Shown in pieces: positions 1 through 10,093 of a DNA stretch of 64,000 nt. Every line of letters begins with the position of its first letter. Position 1 is the first letter of the stretch. Source of the stretch: an uncultured delta proteobacterium (GTDB lineage: Bacteria; Desulfobacterota; Binatia; UBA9968); contig CAWJZV010000046.1 of NCBI GenBank assembly GCA_963847445.1, positions 320,001 through 384,000 of the forward strand. Direction: 5' to 3'. The notes beneath the pieces were generated by a model. It was not told the DNA's origin. It saw only the letters and a program-made list of their open reading frames with translations, and did not search any database. Made by a program: the position numbers and the translations under genes.

Positions 1-588
1 CTTTACACCATGTTGGCGTTGGATCAGCTAGGCTTGGACCCGGCGCGCGACAATATCCGTCTGTTGGTGGTTGGCGATCAGAACGTTCTCAATCGCGCGC
101 TGGAAACCGGAACCATCGACGCCTTGGTTCTCAGCACTTCGGTCTTTAGCCGCGCTTTGAAGGAAAAGGGCTTTCCCACTCTCAGCGAGCTTAAATTGGT
201 GATTGCCGGCATGACAGTCGTTGTGAGAAAATCCTTGGTCCAGCAGCAACCGGGGGTGGTCGAAAATTTGCTCAAGGCACAAATCGAGGGCCTTGCGTTC
301 ACGCTCAGCCCGCGCCACAAAGCCACGGTCTTAGACACCATCAAGCGGCGCATCAAAGTCGCCAATCTCGACCTGGTCGAACAAGACTTTAAAGAAATCG
401 TTCAAGAGTTCGAACGCAAACCGTATCCTTCCCTCGATGGGCTGAATAATATTCAGCGCTTGCTGAAAGGTCAAAATCCCAAGCTGGCGCAACTCAAAGT
501 GGAAGATGCGATCGACGACCGGTTCGTTCGTAAGCTCGACGAGACTGGCTTCATCGACAAAATGTACGCGTCGTACGGTCTGAAGTAA
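1..588 (+). CDS. ABC transporter substrate-binding protein, NMT1/SsuA-like (5'-truncated by window edge)
   Basis: ORF 10..588; C-terminal DDRFVRKLDETGFIDKMY matches the tails of the other SsuA-like paralogs in the window. Confidence 0.8.
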   Translation, partial: LYTMLALDQLGLDPARDNIRLLVVGDQNVLNRALETGTIDALVLSTSVFSRALKEKGFPTLSELKLVIAGMTVVVRKSLVQQQPGVVENLLKAQIEGLAFTLSPRHKATVLDTIKRRIKVANLDLVEQDFKEIVQEFERKPYPSLDGLNNIQRLLKGQNPKLAQLKVEDAIDDRFVRKLDETGFIDKMYASYGLK

Positions 589-803
589 ACGCCATTGCGC
601 GAGTGCGATTGGAGTCAGCGAGCCGGCCGAGTTCCGATGCTGCAGATTGCTGCGCGCGGATTTTTTAAAGTGTTTGCTGAAAAATGTTTGCTGATAAGAG
701 TAAGGTGTAACGCATACAGGCGATTTTTCGCCGCGCTTTACATTGACTAAATCCGGCCACAGTGATAACCGGCAAGGATAATTGCTTGTAGTTTGGAAGG
801 CAC

Positions 804-1808
804 ATGTTTAAAGCCAAAAACTTTGTCGGCAACTCTCTCATAGTCATCTCGTTGTTTCTGATCCCTGAGGTTCGCGCGGCCGCGCGCCTCGAACCATTGA
901 CCGTCGCTTACTCCAATTTTACCGGCACCTATGCGCCGCTCTGGGTGGCCGTCGACGAGAACCTCGGCGCTAAATATGGTTTGGATTTGAAAGCGATCTA
1001 CGCCGGGCGGATTCGGCCGCAGCAGTTGCTCGCCACCGGCGAAGTGCCGATCGTGCTGGCCACCGCGACCGGGACGATTACCTCGCATATTCTCGGCGTG
1101 AAAGATCATGTGTTGGTGGCGACGATCACCAACAAAGTCGGCACGTCGATATTCGCCCGCGGCGATATCAAAAGCGTCGAAGATCTCAAAGGCAAGACCA
1201 TCGCCACCGGCCGGCCCGGGGCGTTCTTGGACGCGACCGTGCGCTACGTGCTGCGGAGCAAATTCAATCTGATGCCGGACCGCGATGTCAAACTGTTGCC
1301 CACCGGCGAGCCATCCCTCGGTTTGCAGGCCCTGGAGCGGGGAGTGGTCGAAGCGGCGGCGATGTCGAGCCCGCATATGTTTGTCGCGCGCAAAGCGGGA
1401 TTCAGGGAGTTGGCCAGCTTCGACAAGTTGGGCGTCGAATATCCTTACACCAGCGTGGTGGTGCTGCGTCAAACGGTGGTGAAGAGCCCGGACTTGATCG
1501 AGCGCTTCCTAAAGACCATCGTCGAGGGCATTCATGTCTTCAAAACCAACAAGGCGAAAACCATGGCGGCCTTTAAGCGCCACATGAAGGGCGCCGACGA
1601 TGAGATCCTCGAAGCAACCTACCAGCATAGCCGCGCGACTTTGGAAGATGCGCCCCATCCGACCCTCCAGTCGGTGAAAGTGGCGCTGGAAATGTTGGCG
1701 TTGCAATATCCGCAAGCCAAGCAGACCGACCCGAATCCCATCGTCGAACCACTGTTTATGAAGAAGATCGAAGACAGCGGCTTCATCCGGGCGCTGCAAA
1801 AGAAGTAA
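804..1808 (+). CDS. ABC transporter substrate-binding protein, NMT1/SsuA-like
   Basis: Intact 334-aa ORF with signal peptide, IKSVEDLKGKTIA motif and KKIEDSGFIRAL tail. Confidence 0.85.
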   Translation: MFKAKNFVGNSLIVISLFLIPEVRAAARLEPLTVAYSNFTGTYAPLWVAVDENLGAKYGLDLKAIYAGRIRPQQLLATGEVPIVLATATGTITSHILGVKDHVLVATITNKVGTSIFARGDIKSVEDLKGKTIATGRPGAFLDATVRYVLRSKFNLMPDRDVKLLPTGEPSLGLQALERGVVEAAAMSSPHMFVARKAGFRELASFDKLGVEYPYTSVVVLRQTVVKSPDLIERFLKTIVEGIHVFKTNKAKTMAAFKRHMKGADDEILEATYQHSRATLEDAPHPTLQSVKVALEMLALQYPQAKQTDPNPIVEPLFMKKIEDSGFIRALQKK

Positions 1809-1813
1809 ACGCC

Positions 1814-2692
1814 ATGGCCGACAGCGACGAGATTCTCTATCACAAGCAGCGCCAGGGCGTGCTGATCACGCTCAACCGGCCGGCGGCGATGAACGCGGCG
1901 ACCCGGCCGATGTTGCACAAGCTCGGCGCGGCGCTCGACGATGCCGTCGCCGATGCGCAAGTGCGCGCCATCGTCCTCACCGGCTCGGGCCGGGGATTTT
2001 CCACCGGCATGGACCAGGGCGGCGGCGCGGCGCACCGGCGCGACATGGACTGGCCCTACGGTGTGCGCGCCGGCGAGAGCGCGGCGGACTTCATCGACAA
2101 CTACCGCGGCCATGAAGCGATCTTCATGCGCATCTTCGAGTGCCCAAAACCGGTCATCGGCGCGATCAACGGCTGGGCCATGGGCGTGGGCTCGTGGATG
2201 TCGCTGTTCACCCACATCACCATCGCGTCCGAACAGGCGGTGTTCGCCCAGCCGGAAGTGCGCCATGGCTCCAATACGGGATTCATCTGGACCTTGCTCG
2301 CCGGCTTCAAAGACGGTCTGCGCTACTCGCTCACCGGCGACCACATCGACGCCCAGGAAGCGCTGCGCATCGGCTTGGTCAATCAAGTGGTGCCCGCCGA
2401 CCGGCTGCTCGACGAGTGCTTCGCCATCGTCGAGCGCATCGCCCTGGTGCCGCCGGAGACCGTCAAGCTCAATCTGCAACTGGCGACCATGGGCATGCAG
2501 ATGATGGGCTTCAAAGACGCCTGGACGATGGATGGGCAACTGTCGGCGGCGGCGCATACGCTGCTACGCGAGGAGCTGCGCCGGCCGCTCGATGAAAAAA
2601 GAAAGGCCGAAGGAACCAAAGCTTATTTGCAGATGCGCGATGGGCCGTTTCAACCGGAACCGTTTGGGCCGCGCGCCAAGCGGCGCGATTAA
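1814..2692 (+). CDS. Enoyl-CoA hydratase/isomerase (crotonase) family protein
   Basis: ITLNRPAAMNA, GRGFSTGMD, PKPVIGAINGWAMG and FAQPEVRHG motifs. Confidence 0.9.
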   Translation: MADSDEILYHKQRQGVLITLNRPAAMNAATRPMLHKLGAALDDAVADAQVRAIVLTGSGRGFSTGMDQGGGAAHRRDMDWPYGVRAGESAADFIDNYRGHEAIFMRIFECPKPVIGAINGWAMGVGSWMSLFTHITIASEQAVFAQPEVRHGSNTGFIWTLLAGFKDGLRYSLTGDHIDAQEALRIGLVNQVVPADRLLDECFAIVERIALVPPETVKLNLQLATMGMQMMGFKDAWTMDGQLSAAAHTLLREELRRPLDEKRKAEGTKAYLQMRDGPFQPEPFGPRAKRRD

Positions 2693-2703
2693 GCGCGCCG
2701 CTG

Positions 2704-2808
2704 GTTCAAAACGTTCAATTCGTTCAAATCGTTCAAAATGTCGGAGGAGCAGGCTCCGATAACCTCCGAGACGACTTGAACGATTTGAACTTTTTGAACG
2801 GCTTGAAC
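2704..2808. repeat. Inverted-repeat element of 9-bp GTTCAAnnn units (4+4)
   Basis: gttcaaaac gttcaattc gttcaaatc gttcaaaat, then inner hairpin tcggagg..cctccga, then gacttgaac gatttgaac tttttgaac ggcttgaac. Confidence 0.9.
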
Positions 2809-2833
2809 TCCGGGGAGATTGAAAGAAAGAATT

Positions 2834-3703
2834 GTGACCAACTTCGAAACGATTCTATTCGAGAAACAGCGCCGCGGCGTGTTGATCACGCTCAACCGGC
2901 CGGCGCTGCGCAATGCGCTTAACCGAGCAGATGAAAGACGAGTTGCGGGCGGCGTTGGAGTTGGCGCGCGACGATGAAGCGATTCGTGCCGTGGTGCTCA
3001 CCGGCGCCGGTGGGCTGTTTTCCAGCGGCGACGATATGAACGAGTCGCTAGTCGGGTAAGCCGGCGTGGCCCTATGGTATTGCCGAAGGCAGCGCGTTGG
3101 TGGATGTTTATAATCGGCTGCGCGACCGGGCGCGGCAGGAAAAGATCGACGAGCAGCTCTATCGCTGGCAGTTTCCCAAGCCGATCATCGCCGCGGTGAG
3201 CGGTTGGTGTCTCGGTTCGGCGTCTTGGCTGGCGTTGTCGTCTCATCTGACGATCGCCGCGGATGATGCCGTCTTCGGCCAACCCCAGGTGCGCCATAGC
3301 GATGGCACGGACTTTATCTGGACGGTGCTGGGAAAGTTCAAGAACGCTTTGCGCTACGGCCTCACCGGCGATAGTGTCGACGCCAAGGAAGCGCTGCGCC
3401 TGCGCCTGGTCAACAAAGTCGTGGCGAAAGATCGGCTGCTCGACGAATGCTTCCGGCTGGTCGAGCGCATCGCTCTGGTGCCGCCGGACACCGTGAAGAT
3501 CAATTTGCAAAAGGCGACTTCCGGTTACGAGATGATGGGTCTCGGCAAGGCCTGGTCGCTCAATGCCGAACTGTCGGCGCTGGCGCAGTTGTCGCGCCGG
3601 GAAGAATTTTATCAACCGTTGGAAGCGGCGCGCGAGCAGGGCGGGTGGAAGGCGTTCTTTGCAACTGCGGGATGCGCCGTTTACAGCGATCGAAAAGAAA
3701 TAA
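2834..3703 (+). CDS. Second crotonase-family paralog (frameshifted, probably sequencing indels)
   Basis: GTG start; KQRRGVLITLNRP, FPKPIIAAVSGWCLG and ERIALVPPDTVKINLQ; ends RDAPFTAIEKK* in a shifted frame; clear paralog of 1814-2692. Confidence 0.85.
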
Positions 3704-3715
3704 GATTCAGGATTC

Positions 3716-3755
3716 GTTCAAGCCGTTCAAATAGTTCAAAACGTTCAAATCGTTT
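3716..3755 (+). repeat. Solo arm of GTTCAAnnn 9-mer family
   Basis: gttcaagcc gttcaaata gttcaaaac gttcaaatc gttt. Confidence 0.85.
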
Positions 3756-3778
3756 CGGATTGGGAAAGGAGAGACGTG

Positions 3779-4811
3779 ATGGGATACTCGAAGTTTCGTT
3801 GCCTGCTGGCCGTTACTGCTGTCGCTCATCTCGTTTGTGACATGACTGCGGGGCGCAGGCGACCGACCCGAAGATCGTCGAGGCGGCGAAGAAGGAAGGC
3901 GGCGAGATCGAGGCTTACGTCACGCTGCGCACCGATACGGCGCAATATATTTGGAAGATGTTCGAGGCCAAATATCCGTTTCGTGAAAGTGAAGCAGTAC
4001 AAGGCCGACAGCGACAAGATGCTCCAACGCTTGGCCACGGAGTATCGCGCCAAGAAGTATCTCGTCGATGTGCTCAACTTTGGCGGCGGCTTTCATACTC
4101 AAGTGTTGATCGAGCACGGCATCGCCGGCGCGTACCTGTCGCCGGAGACGAAATACTTTGCGCCGGCGTTCAAAGAGAAGAGCGGTCTGTGGACGACGCT
4201 CTATTACAACCCGTTGACGATCGTCTACAACACCAAAGCTGCTGGCGCCCAACGAACGGCCCAAAGACTGGTTCGATCTTTTGCATCCGCGCTTCAAGGG
4301 CCGCTTGGCCATCGAGCAGGAGCAGGTCACTTGGTACGCCGGCATGTTGAAGCGCTACGGCGTGGAAAAGGGCAAACAATTCATGCAGGGCTTGGCCAAG
4401 CATGATCCGCGTCCCGAGCAGTCGTCGCGCGGTAATGCGCTGCTTGCCGCCGGTGAGTTTGCCGCTTACATCGGCCGCGGCCATGTCGCGGAGATGTTCA
4501 AAAAAAAGGGCGCGCCGGTGGACTGGATCAAGAATCCCGATCCGTTGGTCGTCCAGCCGGCGACGGTGCAGATCGCCAAGCATGCGCCCCATCCGAACTC
4601 GGCCAAGCTGTTGATCGACTTCATGTTGTCCGAGCAAGTTGCCGAACTATTGGCCAAAGAGCAGCGCTTGCCGGGGCGCAGCAACGCCGCCGGGCTCGAT
4701 CCGGCGTTCAAGGAGATCAACGCCGAAAAAATCCTGCCTCTATCGATCGAAGAGGTGCAGGCGAACTTTCGAAAATATTTGGAAGAGTATAGAACATATT
4801 TCGGCAAGTAA
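3779..4811 (+). CDS. Extracellular solute-binding protein, iron/AfuA-like (frameshifted)
   Basis: Pieces across ORFs 3776 and 4281: VEAAKKEG, IVYNTK, DLLHPRFKG, KKGAPVDW, APHPNSAKLLIDFMLS. Confidence 0.8.
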
Positions 4812-4826
4812 CCGAGCGGGTGGACA

Positions 4827-5212
4827 ATGGCAAAGGCAACGGATAGAGCGAAAACCGGTAGTGTGACGATCGCCACGGTGCGCCGGCGCGAGGAAGCGCG
4901 CCAGGTAGCGACGCGGCTGGAAGCGGCGGGTATCGAGTGGGCCATCGTCGAAGAACGGCTGACGGTTCCAGCCAGCGGCGGCCGGTACCGCCCCGGCGGC
5001 ATCAAAGTGCAGGTCGACCGCAGCGACGCCAAACGGGCCATCGAGCTGTTGCGCGAACAGCATGCCGACCGCGCCTGCGCCGGAGAATCGCTCGTTCCGT
5101 GTGGGCGCCAAGCGTCAGGTGCAGGCCGACGGATGGTGGCGCACGGCTCTGGAAGCGGGCGTCAATTCTTGCCTTGGCGACTTTATTGGCGATAGGATTT
5201 TTTCTGGATTAA
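4827..5212 (+). CDS. DUF2007-like small protein with C-terminal membrane anchor (frameshifted)
   Basis: EARQVATRLEAAGIE...GGIKVQVDRSDAKRAIELL pattern; hydrophobic tail ILALATLLAIGFFLD in the shifted frame. Confidence 0.6.
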
Positions 5213-5236
5213 AATTATTTAGAAATGAGAAACTAA

Positions 5237-6277
5237 ATGCTCGATGGCAAACTGCGTATCGCTCCGACCTGTTATCATGTGCTGCATCAAGTGCCGGTGA
5301 TGACCGCCCATGAATTGAACTTTTTCTACGACGAGGGGCTCAAGACCGCCGACGGTTCTCTCGGCTACGAAATTCTCACCGACTCGATGGTGCCGTTCGG
5401 CTTGGAAAAGCTCGGCATCTCCCAGGCGATGAAGGAAAAGTCGGTGGATATCGCCCTCGACGTCCAGTCGCGCACGGTATTTTATCAGCGCGCCCGGGGG
5501 GCGGATCTCTATGTTATCTCCGGCTGGCGTAATCAGCACACCAACGTCTGGGTCGCGCCGCCGCATATTAAGTCCCTCAAAGAATTGAAGGGCAAGCGGG
5601 TCGGCATCAGCGATTTCAACAGCATTCGCCACTGGGCGATTCAGATTCAACTCAAAAAGGCCGGTCTCGATTTGGAGAAGGACATCGAGTGGGTGCGCAT
5701 CGGCGTCAACTCGCGGCTGCATCTGGACGCGATCCGCAGCGGCAAGGTCGAGTGCGCCCCGGTGCCGCCCTGGTACGCCAAGGAGTTGCAGGCCGAGGGG
5801 TGTAACGCGCTGGTGTCGCCGGCGGATCAGTATCCCGACGGACGGCCGGAGCGCATCATCGCCGCCACCGGACGGATTCTCGAAGAGCGCCCCGACTTGG
5901 TGAAGGGGTTTCTCAAGGCGATGATCCGTTCCTACTGGTTCGTGCGCGACATGCCGAAGAACTACGAGTATATTTCCAACCTGGAAAAGCGCTTGCGCTT
6001 GCGCAGCCCCGATCCCGAAGAACGTATCGTCAAACATTTGCGCTCGGCGCAGGACTTGGAAGCGATGCCGTTCCCGTTGGACGGTCGCGCCACCGGCTTT
6101 GAAGATATGCTCAAGGAAGAGGAGCGGCTCGGTGAGCTGAACTACGATGTCCCGGCGATCAGCGATGTGGTCGCCCAGGACTTATGCGACGAGGCGTTTC
6201 GCGAGCTGCGGGCGCGCAAGGATTTGGATGAAGAGTTCCAGCGCTTAAAGGTGATTGAAAAACGCTGGGGGTATTAG
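5237..6277 (+). CDS. NMT1/SsuA-fold protein lacking a signal peptide
   Basis: Intact 346 aa; IKSLKELKGKRVGIS motif; N-terminus MLDGKLRIAPTCYH has no hydrophobic leader. Confidence 0.75.
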   Translation: MLDGKLRIAPTCYHVLHQVPVMTAHELNFFYDEGLKTADGSLGYEILTDSMVPFGLEKLGISQAMKEKSVDIALDVQSRTVFYQRARGADLYVISGWRNQHTNVWVAPPHIKSLKELKGKRVGISDFNSIRHWAIQIQLKKAGLDLEKDIEWVRIGVNSRLHLDAIRSGKVECAPVPPWYAKELQAEGCNALVSPADQYPDGRPERIIAATGRILEERPDLVKGFLKAMIRSYWFVRDMPKNYEYISNLEKRLRLRSPDPEERIVKHLRSAQDLEAMPFPLDGRATGFEDMLKEEERLGELNYDVPAISDVVAQDLCDEAFRELRARKDLDEEFQRLKVIEKRWGY

Positions 6278-6291
6278 CGGCTTGCGCGCCA

Positions 6292-6331
6292 GTTCAAATC
6301 GTTCAAGCCGTTCAAAACGTTCAAATCGTTT
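6292..6331 (+). repeat. Solo arm of GTTCAAnnn 9-mer family
   Basis: gttcaaatc gttcaagcc gttcaaaac gttcaaatc gttt. Confidence 0.85.
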
Positions 6332-6376
6332 TGGATGGTCTTCGTGCCGCGACTGGTAGACGAGAGTGAGAGTCTA

Positions 6377-7425
6377 ATGAGAACAACGAAATCATCGATA
6401 CTTTCAAATCTATCGGTTTTATTTCTGTGCGGTGGACTGCTGGCGAGTTCAACCGTTCACGCGCAGAACGCGAAGACTTTCTTCGACGGTAAAACATCAC
6501 GTTCCTGGTCGGCTCGTCGGCCGGCGGCGGCACGGATGTGACGGCGCGGTTGATCGCGCGCCATATCGAACGCCACTTGCCGGGCAAGCCGCGCATCGAT
6601 GTCGCCAACAAACCGGGGGCGGGCGGCATGATCGCGGCCAATGAGCTCTACAATTTGAAGAAGCCCGACGGTCTGAGCATCAGCACGCTCAACACCGGCG
6701 CGCTGTTCGCGACGGCCACCGCTAACGAAGCGATCAAGTTCGATCTGCAAAAGTTTCTCTGGGTCGGCCAGGCGTTCGACGACGCTCAGGTGCTGTATCT
6801 CAAGACTTCGACGCCCTACACCAGCTTCGATTTGATCAAAAAGGCTAACCGCGAAGGCAAGCAGCCCAAGATGGGCGCTCAGGCTCTCGATCACACCAGC
6901 AATGTCGTGGTCAAGATCGCCGAGCAGATTTTCGGCTTGGACTTCACGGTGATTCCCGGTTATCCCGGCACGCCGCAGATTCTTCTCGACATCGAGCGCG
7001 GCGCTCTCGATGGCCGCGCCCAGGGCATCGGCTCCTTGATGTCGACCCGGCGCGAGTGGATCAAAAACGGCTACATTAAAATTTTGGCGACCTCGAAAAG
7101 ACGCCGCGACCCGCGCATCCCGGAGGTCGCCTCCATGGAAGAGATCGCGCCGGCGGGCAGCAAAGGGCTGCTCAACGCGCTATACGCCGGACAAAATCTC
7201 GCCCGTTCGGTGGTCTTGCCGCCGGGCGTGCCGGCGGACCGGGTGAAAATCTGGCGCGATGCCTTCGCCGCCATGACCAAAGACGAGGCCTTCAACAAAG
7301 AGGCTGAGAAACTCGGCCTCGAAGTCGAATTGATCCGCGGCGAAGAGATGAATCGCGACATCGAAGCCACGCTGCGCGATAAGCGCTTGATGGATCTCTA
7401 TCGCATGATCTCCTCGGCGAAATAA
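6377..7425 (+). CDS. Tripartite tricarboxylate transporter substrate-binding protein (Bug/TctC family; one frameshift)
   Basis: Signal peptide, FFDGKT, GSSAGGGTDVTARLIARH, NKPGAGG, KPDGL, GYPGT and ERGALDG. Confidence 0.85.
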
Positions 7426-7427
7426 AG

Positions 7428-7505
7428 AAAGGCAAAAGGAAAAAGTAAGAAGTAAAAACTGATAGATCGATCGAATTTTGCCTTTTTACTTTTACCTTTT
7501 GAATT
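7428..7505. repeat. Empty inverted-repeat element of 7-bp AAAAGTA/AAAGGCA units
   Basis: aaaggcaaaaggaaaaagtaagaagtaaaaa - 15 nt - aattttgcctttttacttttaccttttgaatt; reverse complement of right arm matches 49589-49611 at 21/23 nt. Confidence 0.85.
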
Positions 7506-7508
7506 GAT

Positions 7509-8947
7509 TTGACTTCTCTCGCCATTCTCATCGATTTCGGCAGCACGTTTACCAAAGTCAGCGCGGTGGATCTGGCCAGCGCCCAGCTGCTCGGGCGCAG
7601 CCAATCGCCGTCGACGGTGCTCACCGATGTGCGCGAGGGATTGTTGCGCGCGTTGGTTTCCCTGCACGAGCGCCATCGTCTTTTCGATGAAACGCCGCAA
7701 GATTTATCGATTCTCAACGATAAATTCGTTTTGGCGTCGAGCAGCGCCGCCGGCGGCTTGCGCATCGTCGTCGTCGGCAACGTTCCCGGTTTGACCGTCG
7801 AAGCGGCGAACCAGGCGGCGCTCGGTGCCGGCGCCAAAGTCGTGGGCGCGACGGCGTTCAAGTTGAACCCGAGCCAAGCTTGCCGATCTCGAACTGCTGC
7901 GCCCCGACATGATTTTGCTGACCGGCGGCGTCGACGGCGGCGACGCGGCGACGATTCTCCACAATGCGGCTCTGCTAGCGCAGTCGTCGCTGGCGGTGCC
8001 GATCGTGGTCGCCGGCAATCGCCTGGCGGCGGAGGTCGTCGCGGATTTATTGCGGCGCGGCGGCAAGGAAGTGGCTCTGTGTCGCCAACGTCATGCCCCA
8101 CGCCGGCAAGCTCGACGTCGAGCCGGCGCGCGAGGCGATCCGGCAAATCTTCATGGCGCGTATCACCCAAGCCAAGGGGCTCGACGGCTTGGCGGGGATC
8201 GTGCCGGTGGTGTTGCCGACGCCGATGGCGGTGCTGGAAGGAGTGCGCCTCGGCGCCGAAGGCGCGGCGGCTGAAGCTGGTTGGGGCGATATGCTGGTGG
8301 TGGATGTTGGCGGGGCGACCACCGATGTTCACTCCATCGGCTACGGTCATGCCGGCGGCGAGAACGTGATCGTTCAAAGCATGGCCGAAGCTTATGCCAA
8401 GCGCACCGTCGAAGGCGACTTGGGCATCCGATATAACGCCGGCACGATTTTCGAACGAGTCGGTGCAGCAACGTTACTGGAGGATTTACAGCGCGACTTC
8501 GGCCACATCGCGGTGACCGGCGCGATGCTGCGCGGCTACGTCGAACAAATCGGCCATGACACCAGCACTCTGCCGCAAGCCGACTGGCATGGCGCCGCGG
8601 ATGCAGTGCTGGCCCGCGCCGCGGTGGATATCGCGATTGCGCGCCATGTCGGCCGGCGCGAACGGATCGTCGCCCGCGAAGGCGAGGCGTGGCTGCATTA
8701 CGGCAAAGACATGCGCGACACGCACACGCTGATCGGCACCGGCGGCGTGTTTGTCCATAACCCGAGCGCGGCCTTCATTCTCGCCCAGCGCGAGCAATCG
8801 GATGACCGCGTGCAGGCGCTGCGGCCGCGCCAACCAAGAATTTATTTGGACAGGTCTTATCTGCTCTATGCCGTGGGTTTGCTTGCCCAGGAGTATCCGT
8901 CGGTGGGGCTGCGGCTCTTTCAGCAGCATATGCAACAGATCGGTTGA
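7509..8947 (+). CDS. glmL: Glutamate mutase L (GlmL/MutL-type) accessory/reactivase protein (frameshifted)
   Basis: IDFGSTFTK, SSSAAGGLR, AALGAGAKV, ILLTGGVDGGD, PTPMAVL, VDVGGATTDVHS, KRTVEGDLG and IGTGGVF. Confidence 0.85.
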
Positions 8948-9026
8948 GCGGCTTTCGGTTTCCGTGCGCTTGATGTCTCGCCAGGGGATCGTAGAAACCT
9001 CTCTCGTTCGGACAATGTCAATGTTC

Positions 9027-9136
9027 GTCATGCCGGCGCAGGCCGGCATCCAGACCCATCATCCACCTGGATACCGTTTTTCAACGGTATGACGGACGCT
9101 GTCCGTCACCTGGATTCCCGCGTGCGCGAGAATGAC
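9027..9136. repeat. GTCAT...ATCC / GGAT...ATGAC REP-like hairpin cluster
   Basis: gtcatgccggcgcaggccggcatcc, ggataccgtttttcaacggtatgac and ggattcccgcgtgcgcgagaatgac; first two recur inverted at 57593-57670. Confidence 0.8.
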
Positions 9137-9199
9137 GGAAATAGCAATCTCATTACGTTCGGTAAACGCAGAACCAGATGGCTTCGAGCCAACGGTTGT

Positions 9200-10076
9200 T
9201 TACTTGATCTTCGCGGCGATCTCGGCGAGCCGATCCATCTGGTCTAAATCTTCGGCGCAGGGGCGCAGGATGAATTCGTCGACGCCCATGTCGGCTTGGC
9301 GCTTGATCGCCGTGCGCACGGCTTCATCGGAGGCTGGCAGAGTGCGCAGTCGTTTGGCGGCGAGCTCGGGGTTGTAGCCGTAATTGTGATTTATGTAGTG
9401 ATTCGCGTGATCCTGGGCGTTCGGGGCCGAGGGCGAAATAGCTGGCGCCGACCCAGCGCGGCCGGCCTTGGCGCTTATGCTCTTGCCACGCTTGTAAAAT
9501 ATTTTGCCAAGTCTTGAGCAGCGCTTCCGGCTCGCCGCCGCCGGGGGCCATGTAGCCGTCGCCCCATTTGGCGATGCGTTGGACGATCGCCGGCACATAG
9601 CCGCCGATGAGCAGCTCCGGTCCGCCAGTGCGTACCGCCGGCGGACCGATGGCGCCGGTGTCGGCGGATAACTCCGCGCCGGACCAAAGTTTGCGCAGCA
9701 GTTCGTATTGTCTCTCTGAGCTGCGGCCGCGCCGGTGAAAGTCCGTGGCGCTGGCGAGATAATCGTTTTTGCGCACGCCGATGCCGACGCCAAGTATCAA
9801 TCGACCGCCGGAGAGGGTGTCGATGGTCGCGGCTTGGCGCGCTAACAAAGTTGTCTCGCGCGTCGGACCGATGACCACGCTGGTCATCAGGCCGATGCGT
9901 TTGGTCGCGCCGGCCGCCATGGCCAGCACGGCGAGCGGCTCCAGCGCCTGTGAGACGACGCGATCGGTCACCGCCACACTGGAGAATGGCCCGGCGTCGG
10001 CGCGGCGGATCCATTCCAACATCATCTCGCCCGACGCCGAGGTGACTCGGCTGGGTAGTCCTAAAGCGATACGCAT
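9200..10076 (-). CDS. LLM class (luciferase-like) flavin-dependent oxidoreductase (one frameshift)
   Basis: LAMAAGATKRIGLMTSV, LARQAATIDTLSGGRLILGVGIG and LLIGG...RIAKWGDG; C-terminal ADMGVDEFIL. Confidence 0.9.
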
Positions 10077-10093
10077 AAAATCTCCGTAAAGGT

